From Candidatus Omnitrophota bacterium (lineage in GTDB: Bacteria; Omnitrophota; Gorgyraeia; JABMRN01; RBG-13-46-9), in NCBI GenBank assembly GCA_013203315.1, contig JABMQJ010000015.1:1-61374 (forward strand): a stretch of DNA of 61,374 nucleotides. The letters are read 5' to 3'. The translations under genes were made by a program, and so were the position numbers. Shown piece after piece: positions 8,234 through 17,380 of the stretch; positions within the stretch are counted from its first letter, which is position 1; each line of letters begins with the position of its first letter. The notes below the pieces were generated by a model, which worked only from the letters and a program-made list of their open reading frames with translations, was not told the origin of the DNA and searched no databases.

Positions 8234-10951
8234 ATGATGGCGCGATCAAAATTTTTAGATATACTATCCAGATTCCGCAAACTTGTTGCCACGTTTGTCG
8301 TTTTAATAGGCTTTTTTTCGTATTATAACATATTTCTTATAGACGCTACTCTCGAGAACCTGAAGTTTTCTCTTGAGCAAACCGCTATGGCCTACGACAT
8401 AGAAGATACAAACGGTATCGACATGATCTTAAGCCAGGCTACGGCAGAAGAAGTCGCGCCGGCCAAGATGAACGCATTTGACATAGGAAACCTTGAATTC
8501 GCAAAAGGTTTAATAGATACCGGGACGAACTTTAATCAACTTGATTATTTGAAAGTTGCTTTATCTACCGTAATAAAATCAAAAGAAAAAGAGCGCGGCA
8601 TTATTCTCACAATGTTGGGCAGAATAAACAGGCCTATCAGAAAAGGCGTGATTTACCTTGCTTATCTACCTCGACAATTCTTCCGCCCGCGCCTTGCGCA
8701 AGCCCAGACAGGGGAGGCAGCCATACTTAAGCTCTCAGGGAAATTAAGGGCCATAGAAAAGGAAGAAAACCTCAGTGACGCAGCCGTGAAGTATGCCGAA
8801 CTAGTCAAAGAATACGCCGAAACCGACAAAATATCTTTGATTAAGCTAAGATTGGCATACACTTACCACCGCCTGGGCGAGTACGACAAGGCCCTGGAAC
8901 TCTATCGCGAAATCGCAAAGACATACTATCCCAACCAAGACGCAAAAATTGCCCAAATTTTCATATCAGGTCTAAAGCACAAAGACACCTTGCTTAACGA
9001 CGCTAATCTATTAATTATAAAATCCGCCGCGATTCCGGACGACAATATTGACGCAAAACAGGATACATATTACCAAATAGGATTGGTTTATACCAAACTC
9101 TTTAATCTGGAGGAAGCCAGGAGATTTTTCCGGAGGACCATTAGACTTAATCCTGTAAGTGACATGGCCGCAAAAGCACAGTTTAACCTGGCCTGGATCC
9201 TTAAGCAGGAAAATAAGCTGACCGAAAGCATTGAGGAATTCTCGAAGATAGCCAAGGAAAAGCCCACCAGCGAATTAGTCCTCAACACCAGCGTCCAGTT
9301 GGCCGATGTTTTACATTCCGAGGGTAAATATGAAGAAGCGGCAAAGCTTCAGCTAAAAATGGCTGAAGAATATAAGGATAGCGAAGAAGTAGCTGCTCTC
9401 GCACTTTTCCAGGCAGGTGCGACATACATGTATGACCTGAATGATACAAAGAAAGCAAAAGAAATCTTTAGTAAACTTACAAAGCTGTACCCGAAGAGCA
9501 CATACGGCCAATATTTAGCGCCGGAAAAAAGCGCCATAGGAATGTTTCTTACCTACGTGCTCCCCAGGACCACAAGAGTACTGGCCTGGAGGGTAGCAGG
9601 GCTTTACGCGCTTAGCGGTCTTTCCGGCGAGCTCGTTAAGGCAGAAACAGTATTCGAAGAGCCCGGCATGAACCTCTCCGTAAACGACTGGTGTGCGGAA
9701 GAATTTCCGGATTCAATCGGCGATATATTTTTCGACGTAAGAGGCATAGATATAAAATTGGAAAAAGGTAATATTACCATTTCAGGTAAGATTACTTTCG
9801 GCAAATATGCGGTAAAGGCTGAGGTAGAGGGGCATCTGGAAGTTACCAAAGACGGCGGAGCAAAAGTAGTAATCACAAAAGCCTATCTCAATAAAATACC
9901 CATATTACCGATGCTCATCAATAACACCTTAACAAAAACAATATTACTCATCAATAATTTCTTCCCGCTTGTTTTCACAAACATTTCCATTGAAGACGGA
10001 AAAATGGCTATTGAAGCGTACGGATCCAAAAGAATAATAGAAGAAATAAAATCGTCTACAAAAAATCGATTAGCAGGGGAAACTACAATCGAAGAAATAA
10101 AAGATCCGAAAGAGCAGGCAAGGATTTACGGATTATTTAAGGAAAAATTTCCCGCGAGCGACTTTTCACCTAAGCCTACATATAGCCAGGAAGAACTATT
10201 CCAGGATTTTTTCACAAGAATGTATTTATATGCCGGATTTAAACTCATGGAAACTGTTAAAGATTCAAAACTCGATTACGCAAGATCGATACGTACTTTA
10301 GGGCGGCTCATGCTCGTAGAAAGCAAGTTCAGGGTTAATTATACCCAGGATCACATAAACGCAGATATAGCGAGATTCGTATCAAACGAATTTCCCAGGG
10401 TAATGAATGAAAGATTTTTGTTTGATGTTATTGGACTTAAGCTTCATTTTAAGGATAGCGGGGAAATAGGTTTTCAAAGCCACATTGGCCTTGGCTATAA
10501 CGAGACATTCCCCATGGAGCCCAAGCGCGTTTATGTCGAAGGGACAATGGTTTTAGAGATAGATCTGGAGAGCAAACTTCCGAGATTAGTATTTAAAGAA
10601 GTTAGTTTAGACAATAAACCTTATGACGTAGAAAAACTTAACCTTGTTACTTTGGATGGCTTTAATTTGCTAAAAGACGCGCACATACCGTTTAAACTGG
10701 ACGAAATCAAAGTTTACGAAGGTGGCATTGTGCTGCAAGGAAAGGCGCCGAGGGATTATACCGAAAGGCTCTTCAGCGATCCTTACCTATTTGTTATTTT
10801 CCACGTCAGGGACTGGGATTTAGGCATGGCCGGTATTGAGCGTCTCAGATCACCACTTGCCACAGAATACGAGGACTATCGTGGCACGTCATGGGAAAAA
10901 GGAGGCTATGGGCACGGACAGATATATCAATCGGAATACACTTTAAAATAA
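8234..10951 (+). CDS. membrane-anchored TPR protein with two tandem beta-rich C-terminal domains (possibly LmeA/DUF2993-like)
   Basis: N-terminal ~430 aa clearly paralogous to 1392..4124. Internal repeat EEFPDSIGDIFFDVRGIDIKL / NEFPRVMNERFLFDVIGLKLHF. Confidence 0.75.
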   Translation: MMARSKFLDILSRFRKLVATFVVLIGFFSYYNIFLIDATLENLKFSLEQTAMAYDIEDTNGIDMILSQATAEEVAPAKMNAFDIGNLEFAKGLIDTGTNFNQLDYLKVALSTVIKSKEKERGIILTMLGRINRPIRKGVIYLAYLPRQFFRPRLAQAQTGEAAILKLSGKLRAIEKEENLSDAAVKYAELVKEYAETDKISLIKLRLAYTYHRLGEYDKALELYREIAKTYYPNQDAKIAQIFISGLKHKDTLLNDANLLIIKSAAIPDDNIDAKQDTYYQIGLVYTKLFNLEEARRFFRRTIRLNPVSDMAAKAQFNLAWILKQENKLTESIEEFSKIAKEKPTSELVLNTSVQLADVLHSEGKYEEAAKLQLKMAEEYKDSEEVAALALFQAGATYMYDLNDTKKAKEIFSKLTKLYPKSTYGQYLAPEKSAIGMFLTYVLPRTTRVLAWRVAGLYALSGLSGELVKAETVFEEPGMNLSVNDWCAEEFPDSIGDIFFDVRGIDIKLEKGNITISGKITFGKYAVKAEVEGHLEVTKDGGAKVVITKAYLNKIPILPMLINNTLTKTILLINNFFPLVFTNISIEDGKMAIEAYGSKRIIEEIKSSTKNRLAGETTIEEIKDPKEQARIYGLFKEKFPASDFSPKPTYSQEELFQDFFTRMYLYAGFKLMETVKDSKLDYARSIRTLGRLMLVESKFRVNYTQDHINADIARFVSNEFPRVMNERFLFDVIGLKLHFKDSGEIGFQSHIGLGYNETFPMEPKRVYVEGTMVLEIDLESKLPRLVFKEVSLDNKPYDVEKLNLVTLDGFNLLKDAHIPFKLDEIKVYEGGIVLQGKAPRDYTERLFSDPYLFVIFHVRDWDLGMAGIERLRSPLATEYEDYRGTSWEKGGYGHGQIYQSEYTLK

Positions 10952-10990
10952 CAGAAAAACATAAAACTTAAACGAAGGGGGGGGAAAGAA

Positions 10991-11377
10991 ATGAAGAAAA
11001 CATGTTGCTTAATAATTATTTTTACGCTTTTACTGTTATTAAACTCTTTTTCTTTTGCTGCAGGTAAATCTTCCAGCGATCTTTTGAAAGAAGGGCTCCT
11101 GGGGGCCGGTTCAGGCGCAGTTGGTGGCCTTGCTTCCGGGGCCAAGGGCGGAGATGTCTGGAAGGGCGCATTAGCCGGGGCAGGCGTGAATATTGTAGGC
11201 GGAGCGCTTCTTGATTCTATCAGCGGAGAGAAAGTAGATACGGTTAACAACGTAGAGTCGATGGATCCCCAGAAAGCGTATGGTAACGGGTATAAAGAGG
11301 GTTTTCATAATGGCTATAAACAAGGTTATACCCAGGGCTATAAAGAGGGCATAAAAGAAGGTATGAGTAGCCGGTAA
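10991..11377 (+). CDS. secreted glycine-zipper protein with GYxxG repeat tail
   Basis: Signal peptide (…SFSFAA), GLLGAGSGAVGG…GALAGAGVNIVGG, tail YGNGYKEGFHNGYKQGYTQGYKEG; strong G-rich RBS. Confidence 0.75.
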   Translation: MKKTCCLIIIFTLLLLLNSFSFAAGKSSSDLLKEGLLGAGSGAVGGLASGAKGGDVWKGALAGAGVNIVGGALLDSISGEKVDTVNNVESMDPQKAYGNGYKEGFHNGYKQGYTQGYKEGIKEGMSSR

Positions 11378-11408
11378 GGCTCTTGTGCTAAGCTGTAAAA
11401 AGCTTCAC

Positions 11409-11446
11409 AATAAAGGGGTGTTTCTGTGAGGAGGCGCCCCTTTATT
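11409..11446. terminator. hairpin, probable intrinsic terminator
   Basis: AATAAAGGGG tgtttc…gaggcg CCCCTTTATT inverted repeat following the operon. Confidence 0.65.
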
Positions 11447-11460
11447 ACATAAGGATTGAG

Positions 11461-12447
11461 ATGTTATTATTATTTATTTTTATAATAAGCGTACTTCTTA
11501 TTTCAGGCGTATGCTCCATGACGGAAGCTGCAATATTAAGCTTATCGCGTACAAGGGCTCGGATTCTTTGCGAAAAGAAACAAAAAGGAAGCCACGACGT
11601 TCTTTATATTAAAGAAAATATCCATTCTGCGGTGGCGACCATTGTTATTCTCAATAATGCCGTTAATATAATCGGCGCCATATTCGTCGGGCAGATAGCG
11701 TCAAAAATATTTGGCAATGAATTTTTGGGAATATTTTCAGCCGTTCTGACTTTCGGAATTATAGTCATCTCCGAGGTTATCCCAAAAACAATAGGCGAAC
11801 ATTATAAGATACCTGTTTCATTGGCAAGCGCGAAATTCTTGCGGGTTTTAATGTGGTTATTCCAGCCTTTTGTGAAAGCCATCGGGATGCTAATGCGGCC
11901 ATTCGGTAAGATGGATAAAAGGCCGTGGGTAACAGAAGAAGAGATAAAGGTGCTTCTTCGCCTCGGAAGGGACTTCGGCACGGTTGAGGTCGACGAAGAA
12001 AGGCTTATAAACAGAGTTTTTAAACTAAACGACGTAAGGGCAAGCCAAATGATGAAAAATATGGATGGTATTTACGCCTTAGACGGTCAGAGGACTCTTC
12101 TCGAAGAAAAAGAACGCATAATAAATTCTCCGTATAACAGAATAGTTATCTACCAAAAAGAACCATCCTATATTGTAGGCATTTGTCAGCAGAGAGTACT
12201 TTTGAGGGAAATCGCAAACGATAATTACAATGTACAGATAAAAAACTTTATGACAGAGCCAATATTTGTAAGCGGTGATGAAAAAGCCGATGTGCTCCTC
12301 GAAAAATTTCAATCCTACCACCAGCACCTCTTTATCGTCCGCGAACAAAAGGCCAAAAACATCGGCATCATTACAATGGAAGACGTCCTGGAGGAGCTCT
12401 TCGGCGAAATCTACGATGAGAAAGACATCTCCTCGCGCGCGAAGTAG
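11461..12447 (+). CDS. CNNM/DUF21-CBS domain protein (HlyC/CorC-like)
   Basis: SGVCSMTEAAILSL, SEVIPKTIG, tandem CBS domains, GIITMEDVLEELFGEIYDE. Confidence 0.9.
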   Translation: MLLLFIFIISVLLISGVCSMTEAAILSLSRTRARILCEKKQKGSHDVLYIKENIHSAVATIVILNNAVNIIGAIFVGQIASKIFGNEFLGIFSAVLTFGIIVISEVIPKTIGEHYKIPVSLASAKFLRVLMWLFQPFVKAIGMLMRPFGKMDKRPWVTEEEIKVLLRLGRDFGTVEVDEERLINRVFKLNDVRASQMMKNMDGIYALDGQRTLLEEKERIINSPYNRIVIYQKEPSYIVGICQQRVLLREIANDNYNVQIKNFMTEPIFVSGDEKADVLLEKFQSYHQHLFIVREQKAKNIGIITMEDVLEELFGEIYDEKDISSRAK

Positions 12448-12517
12448 GTAAGCAAAAACAAAACCCCTTCCCTAAGACCGGAGCTTGTGTAACCACCGGA
12501 TTCCGGGCCCTTCTTAA

Positions 12518-12546
12518 TTGACTTAAATCATACTATATGACATAAT
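12518..12546 (+). promoter_or_regulatory. sigma70-like promoter of the polysaccharide operon
   Basis: TTGACT-17 bp-CATAAT with extended TG; RBS AAGGAAAGGA before ATG 12591. Confidence 0.6.
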
Positions 12547-12590
12547 ATTAAGCTATAAGTAGATATAGCCTCTTAAGGAAAGGAAGCGAG

Positions 12591-14429
12591 ATGGCTAAAT
12601 TCGAAATAAAAAATACACACCTGTACATGAAAAGTGCTACATTAATGCGCTTTTTCCGCATAATGAGAGTAACTCCCGCTTACTTTATTGTAACGGTATT
12701 TTCATCGTTTATCGTAGCATTTTTTGACGGCCTCTCCATAGGGCTTTTGGTGCCACTAGCCAAGGGGATCGTTGACGGCAATTTCAGTTTTTTACTAAAA
12801 ATACCTATTTTTAAAACTATTATAGCCTACTCTCCGCAGCTATTCGACAAAGCGCCGGCTAAATTTCTATTTATACTGCTAGTGGGAACGATTTTTATAG
12901 CGGCGCTAACCAAAAACGTTTTCAAATACCTGGCCAATTTATATAATACCTATCAGCAAGGGACATACAGCCTTAATTTAAAGAAATTCATATTTGACAG
13001 ATACCTTGGCTTCGGAAAGCTCTTTTTTGACAGGACAAGCCAGGGGTATATCACCACAACATTGGGATTCTCCGGAAGCGTTGTGGGTCTTCTCAATATT
13101 TTTATACATGCGCTTGACACGTTTTTTACCTTTGTTATCTACATAACCATACTGCTTATAATTTCGTGGAAATTAACGATTTTCTCGCTAATTATTTTTC
13201 CGATTTTACACTACAGCTTAAAGTGGATTATTAAGAAGATCGAAATGACAGCAGGGTTGCAGACTAAGGCAGCGCTTAAATTAGGCCGGGAAGTATTCAA
13301 TGTCCTATCTTGTATTCCCCTGGTAAAGGCCTATAACAAGGAGGAGGAAGCGAAAAGAAAATATCGCGACATAAATGAGCTCATGAGAAAATTGGATTTT
13401 AGCATGGCCAAGAAAACTGCATTAGTAGGACCGATTCAGGAAATTATCATGCTGATAGCCCTTGTATTAGCTATTTCGGCGGCAGCTTTTATGCTTATAA
13501 GAGGCAAATTAGACGAAATAGCGGGATTTTTGGTATTCTTTTATCTTCTCAGAAAAATCATTCCCATCTTCATGTCTTTCAATGGAATCAAAATTTCTTT
13601 AAGTCAGACAAAGCCGGTAATAAAAGAAGTATTGGATATATTCAATGACAAAGATAAATTTTGTGTACCCGAGGGAAGCAGGGTATTTCGTGGTTTAGAA
13701 AGAAAGATTGAGTTTAACCATTTAAGTTTTTTGTATAAAAAAAATATACCCGTATTGAAAGACCTGGGTTTCACTATTGAAAAAGGAAAGATGACAGCAA
13801 TTGTAGGCCCTACCGGCGCAGGCAAGACAACAATTATAAGCCTTATTATGCGCTTTTATGACTGCGTGCCCTCGACTATTTTAATGGATGACGTTGATAT
13901 AAGAGAATTTACCTCAAAGTCTCTAAGGCACTATATGGCCCTGGTGAGCCAGGAGGCCCTGCTTTTTAATAATACCCTAAGGTATAATATAGGTTTTGGA
14001 ATCGAAGAAAAAATTAACGAGGAAAGGCTCATTGACATTGCGAAGAAAGCAAGGCTATACGATTTTATTATGAAATTACCCGAAGGCTTTGATACAGAAG
14101 TGGGGGACAGGGGTATCAGGCTCTCAGGAGGTGAAAAGCAAAGGGTTTCAATTGCAAGAGCGCTCCTTAAGGAAGCAGCGATATTGATCCTGGATGAAGC
14201 CACAAGCTCCCTTGATACACACACAGAGCGCCTTATCCACGAGGCAATCGAGGAAGCGGTAAAGGATAGAACCACAATCGTGATCGCCCACAGGCTTTCC
14301 ACAATAAAAAAGGCCGATAAAATTATAGTCGTCGAAAAAGGCAGATTCATCGAAGGAGGTACCTTAGACGAGCTCCTTCTCCAGAAAGGCAAGTTTTACG
14401 AATACTGGGAAGAGCAAAAGTTTTATTGA
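12591..14429 (+). CDS. MsbA/PglK-like ABC half-transporter (probable lipid-linked glycan flippase)
   Basis: N-terminal TM domain, Walker A GPTGAGKT, LSGGEKQR, ILILDEATSSLD, IAHRLST; first gene of the GT operon. Confidence 0.9.
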   Translation: MAKFEIKNTHLYMKSATLMRFFRIMRVTPAYFIVTVFSSFIVAFFDGLSIGLLVPLAKGIVDGNFSFLLKIPIFKTIIAYSPQLFDKAPAKFLFILLVGTIFIAALTKNVFKYLANLYNTYQQGTYSLNLKKFIFDRYLGFGKLFFDRTSQGYITTTLGFSGSVVGLLNIFIHALDTFFTFVIYITILLIISWKLTIFSLIIFPILHYSLKWIIKKIEMTAGLQTKAALKLGREVFNVLSCIPLVKAYNKEEEAKRKYRDINELMRKLDFSMAKKTALVGPIQEIIMLIALVLAISAAAFMLIRGKLDEIAGFLVFFYLLRKIIPIFMSFNGIKISLSQTKPVIKEVLDIFNDKDKFCVPEGSRVFRGLERKIEFNHLSFLYKKNIPVLKDLGFTIEKGKMTAIVGPTGAGKTTIISLIMRFYDCVPSTILMDDVDIREFTSKSLRHYMALVSQEALLFNNTLRYNIGFGIEEKINEERLIDIAKKARLYDFIMKLPEGFDTEVGDRGIRLSGGEKQRVSIARALLKEAAILILDEATSSLDTHTERLIHEAIEEAVKDRTTIVIAHRLSTIKKADKIIVVEKGRFIEGGTLDELLLQKGKFYEYWEEQKFY

Positions 14430-14496
14430 TCTAGCGCAGTCAACTCCGTTTTCCTTGCTTACTTTTAGCATTTTAAAATAAACTATCCGATTTAAA

Positions 14497-15375
14497 GTGG
14501 ACCATCTAAAACTATCTATCATTACGCCTGTTTATAATGGCGAACAGTTCATAGAGCCATGCATCAAAAATGTTATAGCGCAGAACTGTGCACACATCGA
14601 GCATATTATCATAGACGGTAATTCTAAAGACCGTACGGTAGAGATTATTAAACAATACGCCAAGCGATATCAACACATTGTTTGGATTTCCGAAAAGGAC
14701 AGAGGCCAATCAGATGCAATGAACAAAGGGATTGCCATGGCGAGAGGGAAGGTCATTAGCTTTTTGAACGACGATGATTTTTATGAACCGAATGTATTCA
14801 ATCGAGTAATAGAGATTTTCAAAACATTACCGGAATCAAGCCTGCTTGTAGGCAACTGTAATGTCCGGAGCGAAGACGGCACCATAGAAGCAGTAAATAA
14901 ATCATCAAAGATGAAATTGTCCGATCTCTTACTCGGAATTTTAGTAAATCCCATCCCATTGAATCCTACCGCTTATTTTTACCACAAATCATTGCATGAA
15001 AAAGTAGGCCTTTATAAAATTATGTATTATGCGATGGACGTAGATTTCTTAATGAGAGCCGTGCAGGTAGCGAAAATCAAATATGTAAATGAAACATGGG
15101 GCAATTCTGTATTAAGGGAACATAGCAAGACCGGCAGAGAGATGAAAAGCGGAAAAAGCTACATACGGCATCAAAGTATTATAAGAAGCTATAGAAAGGA
15201 CCTGCCATTTTTCCAGCGATTAATAGTAGCCATAAAGTACGAACTTTATTACAAAGAAAAAATAGGAACAATTAAAAGTAAATACGAGAGATTTAAATAT
15301 TATGTAAAAAACGTACGGAAAATCCCCACAATGATTAAGCGAAAAATAAACAATCGTTTTAGTGTCCGGAAATAG
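14497..15375 (+). CDS. glycosyltransferase family 2
   Basis: SIITPVYN, IDGNSKD, GQSDAMNKG, FLNDDD. Confidence 0.9.
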   Translation: MDHLKLSIITPVYNGEQFIEPCIKNVIAQNCAHIEHIIIDGNSKDRTVEIIKQYAKRYQHIVWISEKDRGQSDAMNKGIAMARGKVISFLNDDDFYEPNVFNRVIEIFKTLPESSLLVGNCNVRSEDGTIEAVNKSSKMKLSDLLLGILVNPIPLNPTAYFYHKSLHEKVGLYKIMYYAMDVDFLMRAVQVAKIKYVNETWGNSVLREHSKTGREMKSGKSYIRHQSIIRSYRKDLPFFQRLIVAIKYELYYKEKIGTIKSKYERFKYYVKNVRKIPTMIKRKINNRFSVRK

Positions 15376-15429
15376 CGGCCGAGAATCCCACAACTATCAA
15401 AACTTCGCAAGTATACAAAGAAAATCATC

Positions 15430-16488
15430 ATGAATAAAAAAAATCTTTTTATAGAACCTTCCATAGGAGGCTTTCTATTTAGTATAGATACTGCATTAGA
15501 GGGATTGCGTCGGCCAGGGTACGTGATACCCGATGAGCGGTTTCTCGAATTTTCGCCAATAGAAACCGACTGTTATCACCCAATTACCAACCCGCTGGAT
15601 AGGGCTCTCTACAACTTAGCCTCAGAAATTAAACCGGGAACCGTACTCGCAATGGACTTGGACGATACCTTGCTTACTAACTCATACACTTGCGGTAACG
15701 AATGGCAAAAAGAAGGTTCTGGCAGTGATTCCAAATATTTCGAATCAATACGGTATAGCCAAATGAGGCGTTCTCTTTCCGGGTATTTAAAATATGCGCA
15801 GAACTCACCCAAACGCGCTCAATATGATTCTCGGAAATATACATTTCTCAAAAACCCGCAAGTTATTTCCCAACTCCGGCCTGGCATACTTCAAGCGCTA
15901 AAAGGATTTAAGAATGCGGGCGCTATATTAGTTCTTGTTTCCGCGACAGCAAGAAAGAGAATGGATTTTTTATTAACAAGGTTCCCCATCTTAAAAAGGC
16001 TATTTTCTTTTGATAACAAATTATGCGTTATCGCGGCAGAAGATATTTTAAAAGCATCTTACGAACTTCTACAAAACAAAGACAAGCTTCGCCTTGCCAC
16101 AGAAGAGGACAGGCTTTCTTTAAGCGCGCATATTGATCGGCCCATGTCTTTGGCCGCAAAAACACCGTATCTCATAAAGAGAATATTGGGCATAAGTAAT
16201 TATGATATTCTCATCGATGATTCTAGTGTAACATTTGAATTGTTTAAAGCCCATAACCTGAGCCACAAGATCCTCAAGGTAAACCCGCGTTTACCCCATA
16301 CAGATTATGCTTTGGATATCGTAACCAGCGTCCTTCGCAGGCTGCAGAATAAAAAAGACGCCGCAGACGAAGTAAAGCGGAGCAAAAAAAATAACAATAT
16401 TTTCGATGCAAGCAATTACCGCTACATTCGTTTCGAGGACCCCCTGTATTATCCGCTGATTCATATGCGAGATCAAGTAGAGGCGTAA
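15430..16488 (+). CDS. HAD-superfamily (NIF/FCP1-like) phosphatase
   Basis: MDLDDTL (DxDxT), LRPG, LVSAT, AKTP and ILIDDS motifs. Confidence 0.65.
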   Translation: MNKKNLFIEPSIGGFLFSIDTALEGLRRPGYVIPDERFLEFSPIETDCYHPITNPLDRALYNLASEIKPGTVLAMDLDDTLLTNSYTCGNEWQKEGSGSDSKYFESIRYSQMRRSLSGYLKYAQNSPKRAQYDSRKYTFLKNPQVISQLRPGILQALKGFKNAGAILVLVSATARKRMDFLLTRFPILKRLFSFDNKLCVIAAEDILKASYELLQNKDKLRLATEEDRLSLSAHIDRPMSLAAKTPYLIKRILGISNYDILIDDSSVTFELFKAHNLSHKILKVNPRLPHTDYALDIVTSVLRRLQNKKDAADEVKRSKKNNNIFDASNYRYIRFEDPLYYPLIHMRDQVEA

Positions 16489-16489
16489 A

Positions 16490-17371
16490 GTGGATAAAAA
16501 TATTAAAATCGCTGTTATTGTTGTCAATCGAGACAGGCCGGATTTAACGAACAATGTTGTCAGGCAAGTCCGCCGGATGGGGCAAGGCCTTGCGAAAGAC
16601 ACTTTTGTCATCGAATGCGGCAGCTCACCAAGGGGCCGCAGTAGATATATGACCCACTGGTTCCTGGATCCGTTTTACAGGGGCAGGTATTATGCTTTTA
16701 ACAAAGGCCTTAGCATAGCCAAAAGGAAAAACGAGTACGATTATTATTGGTTTGTAGCAAATGATGTAGTATTTCCTGAAACAGAAGATACGCTACGCGA
16801 ACTCGTAGATACAATGGAAGAAAATCCGCGTATGGCACTAATTGGCCCTGGCGAACCAAGCGCAAAAGATTACTTGGGGTGCTTCCCAAAACCGGGAAGG
16901 AAATGGCACAAAGCCTCTACCGTTCACGGCCTGGCTTTTTTAATGAAAAAAAAGGCCATTGAAGAAATAGGATTTTGTAACCCCGCTTTTAGGTATTCAC
17001 AGGGAGCTGGTACGGAGCTCGCGTATAAGTTATATAAAAATAAGTGGTTTCTGGCTTATTCGGATAAAGTAAGCCTCAAACATCTTGGCGGCACTACCTA
17101 CGGAAAAGTAGTTAGGATTTCCAGGCACGAGTATCTCCGTCGCTCGAGGGACTTTGCTTCTAAATATCTGCGCAAGCATTACGGAGAGAATTGGGACAAG
17201 CGTTTTACAGAAGCCCTAGACCCGGATGTCGAAATAAACACATTTCCGTGGCAAAAAAAAGTTTGGGAAAAGAAATTAAGAAAAGAACCGCCTTTCTTGT
17301 GGGCTAAGGCGCGCATTATAGGAAGCAGGCTAAAGCAAGCTATGTTACGGGTCTTGAGAAGAAGCACATAA
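16490..17371 (+). CDS. glycosyltransferase family 2-like
   Basis: IAVIVVN, VIECGS, WFVANDV, KAIEEIGF…ELAYKL…HLGG pattern. Confidence 0.75.
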   Translation: MDKNIKIAVIVVNRDRPDLTNNVVRQVRRMGQGLAKDTFVIECGSSPRGRSRYMTHWFLDPFYRGRYYAFNKGLSIAKRKNEYDYYWFVANDVVFPETEDTLRELVDTMEENPRMALIGPGEPSAKDYLGCFPKPGRKWHKASTVHGLAFLMKKKAIEEIGFCNPAFRYSQGAGTELAYKLYKNKWFLAYSDKVSLKHLGGTTYGKVVRISRHEYLRRSRDFASKYLRKHYGENWDKRFTEALDPDVEINTFPWQKKVWEKKLRKEPPFLWAKARIIGSRLKQAMLRVLRRST

Positions 17372-17380
17372 TAAATCAAA

